A stretch of 64,000 nucleotides of DNA, taken from Sphagnum compactum. Taxonomy: Eukaryota. The stretch is from positions 7,864,213 through 7,928,212 of the forward strand of contig OZ234493.1 of assembly GCA_965153455.1 (NCBI GenBank). Reading direction: 5' to 3'. Made by a program: the position numbers and the translations under genes. The notes below the pieces were generated by a model. It saw only the letters and a list, made by a program, of their open reading frames with translations, searched no databases and was not told the DNA's origin. Shown piece after piece: positions 1 to 14,966 of this stretch (position 1 is its first letter; each line of letters begins with the position of its first letter).

Positions 1-719
1 CCAAGGTGAAATAAATGCCCTTCAACTCCACCTTGGGTGCATGCTTATTTTAGGAACACACCACTTCTAGTGTGTAATTAATTTTACATGTATGTAAAAG
101 AACTCATAAAACTCTACTGGTTTGCGAATGAATGTTGAGGGTGCCTTATTTTCAATAAAGTTGATATTGTTGGATGAAAAGGAGTAAGATGAAGGCACAT
201 TGGATGAAGATTTAATGGAAAGTGTTTCATTTTGTCGAAAGTAATAGATGACAAGAATAATTAGTTGATGGGTGTAGTCATAATAACACATACAACAATA
301 AATGTAACGTTTGCTTAGTTTTTTTATGTTTTAAAATCGTAATTTAATTTTATGTTGAAATTGTAACATTTGTTTATACAGTTGTATTTTTAATATATCA
401 TGTACACGTGAATTAATTTGAAATTAATCCAATGAATTAGAAATTAACAAAGTCATTCATTAAACATTATGACATTTTTTTTAAACAGGAAAAATACTTG
501 TAAATGGATTTGAATTCTTTTGAAAATAATGTTTTTGGCCAAAATTTTAACATAAACCTTAATAAATTAGTATGAAGAGAATTTAAAAATTCTTCAGAAA
601 TTTTTTTGAAAACTTTTTCAGGAAATTCCAAGAATATTTTAGGAATATTTTTCAAAAAAAGTCACAAAAATAGTCAAAAAGTAGGCAAGTGTGATTCATG
701 TTATCCCATTTGCACCCTA
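1..719 (+). mobile_element. Possible 3' end of a degenerate hAT-like DNA transposon
   Basis: An acidic C-terminal relic (..LLDEKE*DEGTLDEDLMESVSFCRK*, ~165..244) is followed by an AT-rich tail. The end catttgcacccta has the reverse complement TAGGGTGCAAATG, a hAT-like terminus. Confidence 0.3.
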
Positions 720-3700
720 ATAAGTATTATTCTTCTTGTGTGGATATGAGTATGTGAAGTTGTATGTTGTAGGCTAATAATTTTCAAAAATCTATGGCGA
801 ATGTTTGTGTGTAATTGAAATCAAAACGACAAAGTAGTTACAATTTTGTTTGGTGTTCTTATGGTTTTTCGCAATGGTGAGTTCGGTGGAGATGCTTCAA
901 AGGTTGATTTTGAGGAGGGGTTGTTGACGAAGAACATAAAAAAACAAGTTTTGGGAAAGTTAAGTACATTTCTTTTACTTTGAGCTTTGGGTTTTTTGTT
1001 GGGACATTTGTTAGTAATCTAAGTACAAACTTTATTGTGGCTAGTTGGGAATAATGCCCTTAGGCACTGGACATCTAATCTCTCATTCTAAGATCTATTC
1101 TACTACATACTGGAGTTAGAGAATAATTCATTTAGAAATCATGAATAAAGGTGAATGGAAATAGTGGAAGTGATGATAATCCACAAGGAGCAACTTAAGC
1201 TAGTTTTTAAAAAACATCAATTCAGGTCTATGAAAGGAACTCAAGAAAATTGCATGAAGGGAAGTGAAACAATTCATTGGGAACCCTCAGGATATTGTGT
1301 TGGAATTTTCCAAAGGTAGTAAAGTTGACGTTAATATGTCTGGGATGTTTTTATTTAATCGATTCTTGTCAAAAGTACCTGAGTGAATCTATGGGAGAAA
1401 TGGGGTGTCAATTGTGGACTAGTGTTAAATGAGACCGTGGTAGCCAACAAAGAATAATTCGGAAAGATCTTATCCACCATTTTCCATCCATCATGATTAG
1501 AAATTTGGTTCAAATAGTATACTTAGAATAATGAATAGGCCTTGGTCCATAGGGATATGTAATGAAAAGAAATGTGCAAGCAAGTTGTATAATGAAATGT
1601 TTTTGAATTGAATAAGACATAGGATTCAACGAAGGTATGATGTATGATCTATACGTTTAGTCATTGTATGTTATGAATATTTGAAAGGTGAAGATAATCT
1701 TGTTCTTTTGTTACAATACCTCAACAAATAAGGCACCTTATGCATAACAAGAGGTTTTTTAATTGAATTTCATTGGATCTTTATGTCAAGTAAGGACCAT
1801 AAATGGCATGGTTTTTGGAATTAGAATCACATGCAAGTTCCTCCTCTCCTTCAAATTAAAATCAAAACTATTGGTTTAGTAAAAGTCGAATTCTATCAAA
1901 TCTTTATGTTAGGTAAGGACCTCAAACAAGGCAATTCTTGCAATTTTAATCCCACAATAGGCTCTTACTTAATGCTAGGCCTTCATTCTTAGAACAAACC
2001 CCATTATTGGTCCTTACTCATTACCCTACACAAATCCAACAAACCATTCATGTTCACATTTCATACCATCAATAGGTATGAAGTGTACATCATGACATAC
2101 ATTCTTTTATGTGTTTATAGAGAAAAAAAGATTACACATTATGGAATGGGCCGCATACACCTAGCAACTAGGAACATAACTTTGGTTTTCCTTTTGAGTT
2201 AGCTAATCTAAAAGGGACCTTCATCCAAGGTGATTTTTTTGACCCCTTAAATGGCTTTGAAACCCAACCCAATTGCCAGTTCAAAGGCTTACTTAGTCCA
2301 AATAAAATCTGTTTGAATTTAAGGACTAGATGGTTCCAATATGGATAATTGTTGCAAGTTTGGATAACACTATTAAGCAACCTAGGTAAGCAAGACATTT
2401 CCCTGCTAAAATTGAACACATGGAGCTTGGTATTCACTTTCTACTTATTCAAGAAATATTTAACCCAAATTGTAAAAATTGACTTATTTTGGAACTATTT
2501 TAATAACTTGATAAAGGCTTCTGCATTGAGATAATGAAATCATTTACAATTTTATGAAATGATTAAACCAAAATAATGTATAAGGTTATAATGTTGAAGG
2601 TTAATTTAATAAACAAGTTAAAAATGAATGAACCCCACAAAAAATCTTGAAATAATTTAATATTTTGTCTAGTGAAATTATTTTATTTTTGAAAATCAAG
2701 TTCAACAATAAATATGGTAATTTTGGAATGTTGGTCATAATATTATGCCAAAATAAAAATATTCAACAATGAAGAAATATCATTGCATTTAATGTGCATA
2801 AAAAGATCTCATTAAAAAAAATACATTGCATGATTTCCTTCACTTATCACAATTCTTGGTTACAAGCAAGAAGGTCTTCATTTTATCCAGAAACTTAAGT
2901 GTGTCATAGGAGACATTGAAGCTATGTTACTAAACATTGGTAGGTGAATGACTAATAAATCACCTACTTATTAGATATTAAGTATTGGAACCAAAGAAAA
3001 TGATAAACCAATGCAACCTACACAACTATGTCAAGTTCCCAAAATTTCAACATCAACAAGTAATTTCTTTAGTTTTTTGCATTTTAGGCAAGAACTTTCT
3101 AAAAGATTTGACATTTTTTAAATAATAAAATTATTATCAACCTTGAAAAGGTACTATGGTAATAAACAAGACATTTGAATTTTGAACATTGATTATTTGA
3201 AGACCAAATCCATTCGTAAACACCCAAAGTACAAAGGCCATCAATTTTCAAGGACATTACTATTTGTATTTGTTGGATACCACATGTGTTCGAAGGGTGT
3301 TATTTTGTTACGTATTTGAAATGAATGCTGATATATCCATTATTTGTTGATAAATGTGCTAAATTTTGATAATTTTAAAATAACTTAAATTATTTATAAA
3401 TACAATAAGTTGTTTTATTTTAACCCCTTATATTTTTGATAATTTTCATTTTAAAAGGAAAAAAATTCAGTTATATTTTATTCTAATCCTCTTTTTTTTT
3501 CAACTATTAACTCAAGTCTCAATTTTTTTAAATTCAAATGTCATCCTTCATGTTTTAAAAGCCAACCCAAAAAATTCTTATTACCTGTAGGTAATACTAT
3601 AATAATATGATTTGATCCATACCATGAATGTTCCATTAATTTTAGAATTAGATTTGAAAAATAGGTCTTGACATTCAACTTTCATGATCATTATTGATTA

Positions 3701-5749
3701 GGACTACACAAATTAGAAGGTGAAACTTAAAAAGAGGAAAAAATGAAACATCATGCGCAAATAACATGGAGTAGGAAAAACATTTATGAGCAACACATTT
3801 ATAAGCATTTTGGTCGCATATCCAAAACCCACATACTCCTACATTCTACAACATCCAAATGGTCTTCATGTAAACATGAAATGGAAAAGGGGGTTCTAGT
3901 GGGTATAACATATTGCAACAAGGTTGGATGAAATAAATTGATTGAGTAAATGAATATAAAAGTTTAGATGAGGTTCATCACAATTCTTTCCTAAAGCATT
4001 TATACTAGGGTAACTAAAAATAGAATTATAAAGTCAATGGATGAAAATGCTTAGGTGTGAAAGAGAAAAGAAATGCAAAAATGCAAGTGTAAAACATATA
4101 ATGGCAAGGTGGTAATGTAGCATGTGGGTGTTCACAAAGCATGTGATAGTCAAAGTTGAAAGTTACATGGTAAAGTAGATAAAAGAATAAAAGGGATGTC
4201 CATTTTTATCATGTATTACATGCATACCAAAAACAAAAAAATAACATCAAAATGGGTGGAAGTGCAATAAAAAACCTTATGTCCTATGTTACACTTATAA
4301 TCATCTATCTCCAAAAATTTAGGAATTTTTTTTAATGTAATAAAAATGTATTCCCAAAGATGAATGGTAAATTCATATTTGAAGAGCTTTCAATGCAAAA
4401 TATTAAATGATATCAGTTATACGAATTGTTAAGATATAAAAATCGTTGTGTTGTTTTAGGCATCAAAAAGTTTATATTGTCCTTTCTCATGGTTACAACA
4501 TAATTGACACATATTTGAAACAAAATACCAAACAATGAGAATTAGACATAACAAATATTGGTATTTAGAAAAACTTACCAAAACTTCCCTTGCAAGGAAA
4601 AATTTGAAATTTCTTGCAAAATTATGAAAAATTATCTTAACTTTGAAATTTTCAAATGAAAAATTCAATACATAATAATTTTATAATGGGTTTTGTCATT
4701 GTTTTTACTTACTTTTAAAGTAAACAATCAAGATTATTTCCACTAATTTTTTTTTAATATAATAATTTCATGTGCAAATTCTATAAGGTGTACCATTAAA
4801 GACAAAAAGTACCTAGTCCTTAATGGAGTTTTTTTTGTCCTATATGTTGATCCCCATCAATATTAATGAGTCAAAATGTGTCAAATATTTTATAAATGTC
4901 ATATTTTAAACCATTACAACTACAGATTCCATCAATCTCATCCATTTGGACCGTGCACTCAAAACTCCATGTTTTCAACTTCAACCACCTCAAGCAAAAT
5001 GATTATTCTACTTTAAAACCATTAAAATTTCCACTTGCATTTTTTCACCTATTAATCAAATTGACATCACGCAACTTTTTAAAAAATAAGATATGTTATA
5101 CTTCACAAATAACATTTTTTTTAAATACATTAATTATTTACAACTATTGTGTGTTGGTAAAATTCATTTATTATTATCATCAAATCATTGAAACTCTACA
5201 ATCTACCTTGAACAATGACTAGTTGACGTAATCATTATCAAATAGATCTCATTCATTCAAATTTCTAACCTTGACTATAGATCTTATGTATTAAATAGTT
5301 AATGATATGGAATATAATCACATTCCTAACAGTAATTGCAAGAAAAAAATAATCCTCATGTTCAAATTGTTTTATAATGTTTAAAACAAATTTTGAATTA
5401 CTCCTTTAACCAACCCATTACATCCATTGACTATGAAACGTATTTGTTAATCGAATTTTTGTCTTTGTGTTTTGTCCTTTTGTAACAATCTTACTAACAC
5501 TTTAATGAAATACAAAACTTACATGTTTCTTTTGAATTTTGTCAAATGTTAAACTCCCTTCATATCAAATTGAATTCATTATAACTTTTGTAATATTTAT
5601 GCGTTGAATTATCTCCATAGATACTAACCACCTTCACACATTTTCCCTACTCAATTGTTGTAATGTTATTTTTTAACATTAATATGGTGACATTAGAATA
5701 TTATAAAAATCAATAAACAACCTTTAATTTATTTTTAAATTGATGAAAA

Positions 5750-6196
5750 TCTGTCTATGAAGGTATTTTGTTTTGTATTTTTTTATTTTATCACATTGAG
5801 ATTTCCCAAACTATAACACTTCATGTCACGCTCTTGATATTTTCGAAAAACTTTTGATGAGTAGGGGTGCATCAACTTGGTTTGAGATTGTTTGGACCTA
5901 CAGTGTGAAAGCTATTGATTATTGAACCATTTTCTTAATGAAAATTATATAAAATAAATAATAAAACCTATATTCAATTTTAGGGGTGTTCTTGGTGTTG
6001 TTGGAAATTCTTGACACAAGTCAAATTCAATAAAAACTTATTTCAGAATTTTTAGAGCTGAAATGTGGAAGATGTTCTTTTTGAATGGATTTTGTTGCTG
6101 AAAATTCAAAAAAATTGTAAAAATTGGGTTTGGAAAAAAAAATTAGTTGAGCTTTCAATGTGTGCACACTTAGGCCAATCGCACGAGCTACCTTAG
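5750..6196 (+). mobile_element. Probable degenerate non-autonomous Helitron
   Basis: It reads A|TCTGTCTATGAAGG...ggccaatcgcacgagctaccTTAG|T, with a CTAG-like end. A related segment occurs inverted at ~7060..7395. Confidence 0.45.
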
Positions 6197-9100
6197 TAAC
6201 AATAAAATATACAACATGATCTTTCAAACATAATGTCAAATTGATGAAAATATTTTATTCACATCTTTTGAAAGCATTTAATTGTTCATTCTTGTTTGGA
6301 ATAATGATCTTGATAGAGGTGAGGTCATTAAGAAAATTGCAAAAACCTTCTTAAAAAAAAGTGTTCATTATTCTAAATTTCTATGTGAAATAATTCAATA
6401 ATCCACATAATCTGTTGATCTCCAAATCCATGTAAGGCTTGTGAAAAAACCAAAGGAAAGACAAAAGTGTAGGTAAAGCATGGAAGGTTGAAAACTTTGT
6501 GTGAGAGCAAAGAAAACATGGCAAAGGAGCAAGACTCATTCCAAAAAAGACGATAAAAACATGTTAACAATTCACCTCACTAATATCTTCCACACATTAT
6601 GGCCATGCAAGAATTTCAAAGCTACAATTTAACATCAAAAGATCATAGACAACCTAGGCAATATAATACCATGAATACACAAACAATGCAATAAAAGACC
6701 ATAATAGATTATTTAACCCTTTTAGTCCATGGTATATGTACACTTAGTGGTGGGGTTAGGGACACCAACAACCTTTCATGATTGACAAGGTCAATCTACC
6801 ATTCAATCTTGCTACCTAGTATTCTAACTTACTAAATGGCACATTTTAATTATTTTTACACTAAAACTAAAAAGGATGAAGGTATGCATGTAAAAACATA
6901 AGGGTGTATATTAGGTATCAACAATTTGTGCCCATGTTAAGATGTAAATTGTATACCTAATATACATGTGTAATGTTGTAACATGTGCAATTGACCCCCA
7001 AGTGTGAATTAATTACCCAACTAATTTTTCCTTTCAAAACCATTTGTTAATAATTCAATTGAACTTCCAAGAAAAAAAAACTACTCAAAATTCAATATCT
7101 CCCACACCTTAAGTCTAAAAATTTATAAGTTAACTTCATTTAATCCTATTCATCGAGGGCTTTTTAACAATACTAAGAGTGCTCCCCAAATTCTTCTATA
7201 ATTTTCTAGTTTTGATTTAAATAAATTCGCGGAGAAAAAAAAAATTGTTGAATATATTTCAAGAACTTCTCCACCATAGATGAAAACATTATGAAACCAA
7301 TTGGTGCACCCGTATTCATGGATGTATGTAGGGCTTTTTCCGATGGTACCAAGAGTGTGGCAAGAGGCATTGTGGTTTGGTGATCCCAACTCAGGTCACA
7401 TAGGTAATATATTTTTCCTCCCAGCAGCAGCAGCATTAGGTGAACCACCAGTACTTATTCCAGTACCATGGTAAATACCCCAAAGAAATTAGGGTTTACT
7501 TCTTTACATTAGAAATAATATCCCATACTTAGACTAAGTCAGAGGGTGTCTATGAGTCCAAAATTAACATTCCCTGTGTTAGTTAGTTAGTTATTAGGAG
7601 GTATTTTTGGATGAGAAGAGAATAATATTTCACAAACTTGTCCTTAAATGTGCAATAATAAGCTCAACTACACTACTGAAATTTGAGAGATCCAATGATT
7701 TCTTGTCCTTCCCTTTGACATGTTAACCTAATAGGACAGGTATTACTTTTTCCACTCACCTTGCCAAATTCATTCATGGTGCATGAATATGATCATCAGG
7801 ACAATGGATGATGCCCTTGCTGTTGCATTCAATGAATGAATAAAAATAATGTATTTATAGGGCATATATATATATATATATATATAAAATATATAGTATA
7901 CATGCCAAAAAACCCACCATAGAACTCTCATGATTCCACAATTATGCCAATTCCCTTGTTGGGAAGGTGGGTTTGGAGCTTGTTCAGATTTGGGTATTGG
8001 GAATCTTTTTTTCCTACCCAGATGATGGCTGATACTGACCTACTTACTAGGTACCCCAACTTTTCATTGGAGAAAGTGCAAGCAACTCTACTAGGTACCT
8101 TCTCTCTCTCCTGAGTCTTACTAAGCCCCACTTTGATTGGCATGTAAGCCTTTTTTTATAACTTGTTTGTTTTGTCATACACTGCTGTAGCAGCACCAAC
8201 AACAACAACAACAACAAGAAAGGCTGTGTCACACACACTGTGGCCGTGCCATTTACATTAAAACATTAGTATCTTAAGAGCAAAAGAAGAAGAATTATTA
8301 TGGAAACTCAAATATTTTTTCACCACCCAAAAATATAATCTTCAAAAAAAAGAATCCTCTTATGAAAGAAACCCCAATCCTTCAAGATATGATAACTCTA
8401 TATAATAATCTCAAGTTCCAACACAAGCCAAAATATATGGTCTTTCAAAAATCTTCATATTAAAGTAGACCAGGCTATAACCTAGAGGCCAAAATCCATT
8501 AAGCTACTATACTCTATAATGAATCTAAACACAACAATATCCTTGCCTACCAAGGCCAGGCCAAAAATTCAATCAAGTGAATAGAAGAAGTGAATGAATA
8601 GAAGAAGTATATTCGGTGTTGTGTGTGTGTGAGTCCTGTCCTGACTCCCCAACTTTGAAGAAGCATCAGGGTGAGTGGGTGAGTGGGTTGGATGGTTGGT
8701 TGGTTCAAGAGTTGGAGTTTTCTCAGATTTAGAAATGCAAAGGGATTTTGTTCCAGTGTTTGGCGGTTCTTGACTTTTCTGAAGAATCTTCGGTTTTGGG
8801 CTTCTTACAAAAAAATAATCAGAATGGGTTTGGGTTCCAGTTTCACAACAAAATGGAACCTTGGTTTTTTCAGTTCTCGTCAGGTTCTTGAAAAAATATT
8901 AAATTCGAGTTTTGTTCTACGTAACCCAGGTCCAGTTTGGGAGTGTGCTTGAATTTTGAGGTGAGGACTTTGCATTCACAAAAGTGTGTGTGTGTGTGTG
9001 TATGTGTGTGTGTGGGAGGGTGCAATGAAGGTGAGTTCCAAGCACTCCCAAGTGAGAATCACCTTGAGAAGTTCAAGTCTTCATAGTGTTTGAATTTTTT

Positions 9101-9488
9101 TAGATTATAATGCAAATATTATACATGATCCAAATTGGGCCTCGATATATTATTAAACTAATTTCGAAATGTAAATATTAAAAATGAACATAGCTTTTTC
9201 ATTTAAAATTATGAGTTAGTAACTATGGTCAAAAGAAGGGTTGAAAGTCAAATTGGTAATTTGACTATTGATCACTCAAACAAGGTTAGATGACCTCAAA
9301 GCGAAACATGCGACATGACACTGAAAAGATCTCTACAAGATGTATAAGACATTGTGCATTCATGTTTGTTTCAAGGGAATTATGTGATTTCAAAGTTCTC
9401 AGACATTACATGTCCTTATTTTGCTAGTCTATTTCAGGATTCCTAAAAGTTTTGACCATTTTAATGCAACCTCCGTAAACAATTACAA

Positions 9489-9856
9489 TCTTATATATTA
9501 ATTCATTAAGTCTGTCAGTCTGTCCGGGACGGGGGTTTTGGGGGGTGGGGGAGGGAGAGGCCGGTGAAGCAGCGGGTGACAGGTGACAGGGCGGGGGGGG
9601 GGGGGGGCCAGCACGGGCGAGGGGCAAAAAGTTAATTACCATTGCATTAATTGCACTAACCTTTGGGGGGAAGGGAAAGCCTTAGTTAGTGGGTGAGTTA
9701 TTGTGAGTACAAAAGTAACTACACCCCCACTCACCAGTCTGGGTCAGGATTGTACCAGAATTCAAATTCCATTTTGGATTCTTGACCGGACCGGGGGATC
9801 GAAGGACCGGGCGGGGGGGAGCTCGACGGGTGCATTATGCACCGGGTTCACACTAG
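9489..9856 (+). mobile_element. Non-autonomous Helitron (368 bp)
   Basis: It sits between A and T. The 5' end is TCTTATATATTAATTCATTAAG. The 3' hairpin GGTGCA-TTA-TGCACC is followed by CTAG (9853..9856). There is no TSD, and the interior is GC/G-run rich. Confidence 0.8.
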
Positions 9857-12800
9857 TGTATATTATAAAGGAAAAAGTGGTGATTCTTGCCAACTATAAG
9901 TGACAAGCCTATGACATAATTTGGTTCCAAATGCACAAACTACACTCTTTTATTAGTTTCTTCTATTAGTTTGAACATGTTCACATGTTCAAGAGCTCAA
10001 ATTGATGAGGTCCTCTTGATCTCATTCCAAAGTTCTCACACACCCATCCAACTTGAAAAAAGAAACCTTAGTTTTAAGGAACCCACTTCTAAGTTTTAAT
10101 GAACTTAAAAACCTTGGGTGTGTTCCTTTTCACACCCATCCAACTTGAGCCCATTTGCTAACCATTACCATAGTTGGCAATTGTCATCTTCATTTTTCTT
10201 TATGTGGATAAAATGGTTTGAACATTGACTCTCACACTAATTAAAGAATTTTTCAGTCACTAGCACTACAATATCCCCTCAAAAATGAAGGATGTCTAAA
10301 AGGATTAAACTAATTTTCATAATTCAAGTACAATCACTAAAATTTTGAGAAAATGTTGAACATTAGACAATCAGTCATTAACATGCATACTTTTGCAATG
10401 AAAATTGATATTCATTTATTTTGTTGCTACTATTTTGTGCTTAACACCATTAAAAGCATTGCTTCCTTTGAATCTAGGTTGTATATATAACTGCACAACT
10501 AATATTGTGAAACGTCTTAATAATATGACTTTTTCATCCCAAATTATATAACTTCAAGGTTTTAGTGGTGTTTTTTGGACATATGAAAATGTTTGTCAAT
10601 TAAGGTTTCTTTCCAATTTTTGTATGCAAAGGTTTAAATTAATCCACATGATAACCTAGTGGTTAGAACTTATGAAGCCATTTTAGAAAGTCCAAGAGAA
10701 ATTGACATCTATTTAAAAAGGAAAAAACCACTCATCAAATTCATGTATTCAAAACAATTTCATCACATAACTTTGCTTAGTTTTTTTGAATTTCATGAAA
10801 AACACTCCATGTTTTGTGGCAATGCAAATTGAAGGCACCTTATATGTCACAATGTTGAAACATCAATTTGAATTTTAATGTTACCTAGTGTGACATCAAA
10901 TAAGGTCAATATAGGGTCATAACCCAAATCTAGCTACCTAAAATAAGGTGTAAGGTGATTGAAATTTGTGTTGTTCAATCACCTTAAGCCTTGTGGCAAT
11001 TGAAATGACAATCATCGTATAATGACTAATGACCAAACTATGGTGAAGGAAAATAAATTGGCATGGCAACTTCAATGTTTTTTTGGCAAATTTTAACTAT
11101 TTTAGACCAAGAAAATTAGGAAAATTTTGGATTTTGAATGTAAATTTAACCAAATTTCTTATGTTTTGGTTAAATTTTGTCAAAATTTTGACACCAAAAA
11201 ATGAAAAAAAATAGTGGTAAGCTTTCATTTGCATCAAAAAAATATTGCTTCAAATGAATATCTATTGATTTTATTCCATTATTTGATGTGTATGACCTTT
11301 TATTAGAACATTTTGTATATTGCCATAAACACATGGATCTTCTAACATGTCAAAATATTGACAAAAAAATATTTTGGGGACATGAAATGATGGGATGTAT
11401 GATATTATTTATACCCTTAACATGTGCATAAAGGGAATCACAATATCAATGCAAATGAACCAAAAATCATGAAAATCTAATCATGTTCAATGACAAGTTT
11501 ACTACTACTCAAATTTCAAAAATAATCACATATAATATCATGATTCCTTATCAAAAATTTATTTGATTAAGTCAATACATCCAAAACATGTCACTTTCAA
11601 CCATTCATATGAACTACACAAAATTTCATATGCACCAATTATAAACAATCTATGGTTGCTTTTGGTAAAAGAATTTAGGTGTAATCTAGTTGTATGGAAG
11701 CCCCACCAATGTGCACACATCATGATGGATGATTCTTCACACCTTTAAATTCATCTTATACATATCATGAATGACCTTGCCAAGATATATTGGTTGAATC
11801 ATCTAAAAAATCATTTTGCATTGAAATCTTCATCCCATATGACATTTGTCAACCTTCCCATCAAATATGCCTCAAACATCAACATTGTTTGGTGTGATTT
11901 CATTGTATGCCAAAAGGAATTTGCAGTTCCAAACTCACCATATATAAAAAATAATTAAAGGCCGCCCACCAAAATGTTTTTCTTGCATTGATGGCATTTT
12001 GCTCCTTGACAAAAGCATACAAAGATAGAGTCACCTCTTGCATGTGTTTATTTTCACACAAATCACACACACCAATGTACACAACATTTGTCCAATGGAA
12101 AATGCAACATGATGTCCTTTGACAAATCATTATGCAAAATCCCATTATTTTTTACTATACACATGATGTTCATGAATGCCCATGCCATCTTCACACGATT
12201 TCACCTAAAGATGATAGGTCATCTTTGTCATTCCACATCAAACCCTCTTTCCACAATAACGTTCAATTGTACATAACGAGTGAGTACTTCATGTTGTAAT
12301 CCAACATTTCTCGAAGTGTGCCCCCATTCCACCACAATGTGTAAGCTTCCATGGTTTTTGAATGGATAACAAGGACCTTGATGACACCTAGAGGTTCACG
12401 TGGGCAAGCCGATGCTTCTACTAAATGTTGTTTACATGCTTCCTATTTATCATTTGTTTTGGGTGTTTTCCTTGCTAATTCAATAGTATTTGGGATGCAA
12501 TCAAACCTTTCAATCCACACCTTACACACCATGCCATGACCACCTTGATTGACTTGACCTGACAAAGGCATCACATTCATTATTTTTGGAATCCATTAGA
12601 TGCCCTAACTTACTATTTGGGAAAGAAAATTTCAAATTCATTTTTCCATCCATGGTGTCAATCATGCCTTCTTCAAAAAATTCTTGTTAGATTTGGTGCA
12701 CCATGTCACCTTATCCCACAATTCCACCACCTCCACATTCTAATTTACCTTGTCTTTTGTTAAATTAAAAAATTTGAACCATTATGACAAATTTGACATC

Positions 12801-14822
12801 ACATCTTTAACCTTGCATCCAAGTCACTCTAAAAACCTTGGAAAATTTTACAATTTGATATATTCCATGGAACTGTTTATATTCCATTAAAATTTTGATT
12901 CTATGACTTATTTGTACCTTTTTAGGCCAAATGTTTGTTTGCTCACGAAAGCAAAGTCAAGGTATTCAATCATATCTCCTTGAAAAAATCCAAGTCATTC
13001 TTTTTAAAACTACCATGTGACAATATGTTTAAATCATTTGCCACAAGCTTTTATCATTTTTGAGAACGAGTTGATGAAATGTTTTCGCCTCGATACATTT
13101 CACTTTTGGGATGACACACTATTAAGCCTTACATGTGAATTAACCAATGTATAAAATAAAGGGCCTAAGGTCAAATTGTTCCCCTAAAGATTGGTTGGAC
13201 AACATCACTTTAAATTAAGATGCTTAAAAAACTTTAAAACCTTCCAAACACTAATTGTTATGAACAACTAGAATTTCAAAAAGTCAAGGTTTAAAGTTTT
13301 TCATTTTTTTGTGAAAAGGTTAACAAAAGCACAGACATACCCAAGGTTTCAACTTCCTTAGGTCACATGAGGTTTTAAACAATGGTTGTAAGTGTGCAAT
13401 CAAAAACACAAAACCCAAAAGAAAAAAGTTGAGACAAAAAAATGAAACTAAGATTCATTTTTAAAATCTCATAAAAGGTTTCACCCCTCTTTCCCGAGAT
13501 ATATAATAACGATTGCTTCTTAAACAACATAAGCCCACACACCTCAAAAGAGAAAGTGAATTTATAATGCGCACTTCACTTTTTATTACCCAGCACAAGC
13601 AAAGTGGGTTAGTTACTTTTTTTTGTGAAAGTTAACCATTTTTCCAACAATGATCAGATTAATTTCAATCGCCAATGGGCACACATGATTGATTCCAACT
13701 ACTAAAGAAACCTACCCAAATAACAACCAAAAAGTGTTCCAAATTTAGTTGTTAAATGAACAATAGAGATTAATCCCTCATTAATTAGATAACCAAAATC
13801 TATTTTGATTGCTAAAATTGTGGTGATTGGAAGATTTTAGTCATGACAATTCAATCCATTTTCGATCATCGTGCATCCAAGGGGTAGATTGAAGATAAAA
13901 AAATGTCCATGTCCCACCTTATAAATGAAACTAACATGTTCGGATAGCCACTAAAACGATGATGAATGGCAAATGAGCATGCCACATCATTTCTAACAAC
14001 CCTAATATACATAAATGTGTCATCAAGCATTTTAAAAAGCAAAATGCCCACAAAGGCAAGTGTTTCACTTTTTGAAATTCCCACGTTACTTTTTTTTTTT
14101 AATCGATACATGGTGGGTATTTGTCCAATACTTGTTGGGTATCATAATATAAATAAATAATAAGTAAAAATTAGTTGTGTTTTAAGCCAAAAAGCAACAC
14201 ACCTTGGGGCTAGGGCATTCCCAAAATAACAAGCCCCCAAGGCTAGAGATCATGGACCCATTATTTCAAGAAACACCCCAATCATCAGGGCGTTACCCTA
14301 CACACAAGGACCTAGCACCCCCAAGTACCTACCTACCTACCTTACAACAATTAAAGAACAAGCTAATGCCTCATCATAGGCCCCTTATTTTGGGAATGAC
14401 CCCACCTTGGGGCTTTACCCTACACATAAGGTACTCACTAGGCTATCATCCACTTAAAAATTGTTTTTAAAAAAAATTCATACAGGAGAAGGGTCTAGTT
14501 TTTCAACCTTTCCAGAAATTTCAGAATCCTTGCTGAGTGTTTTTTACATCCCCTGGGTCCGTTATCATGGGGAAAACTGGGTACATATGCATCATATATA
14601 CTATATACAAATGCAATGTATAGTACAAAGTAAACACTATATAGTGTTATATTACACCCTATATGGAATGCAATATGTGTGGGTCAAGAGGCAAAAGTGG
14701 ATGAATGTTTTCTAAAACTATTCATGTAGTTCCTTCCAACTTTTGAGTGTGGACAAGACTTTCTAGAATGATGTTGGGATGTTTGGATCCCAACTTTAGA
14801 GTTCCAAAGAAATATATATATA

Positions 14823-14966
14823 CGAGATGGATGACGGATGGATGGATGGAAAGCTTCATTTCATCCTGATGTCTGGATGAAAAGCTTCATTTCATCCCGA
14901 CGTCTAGATGGAAAGCTTCATTTCATCCCGAAGCTTCACGACCACGACGTCCTTTACTATATAGAA
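14823..14966 (-). mobile_element. Mini element in a (TA)n tract containing three 31-bp hairpin repeats; Helitron-like ends
   Basis: TA runs flank both sides. The minus strand starts TTCTATATAGTAAAG and ends CTCG|T. The unit GGATGGAAAGCTTCATTTCATCCYGAYGTCT occurs three times at 14844..14930. Confidence 0.4.
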
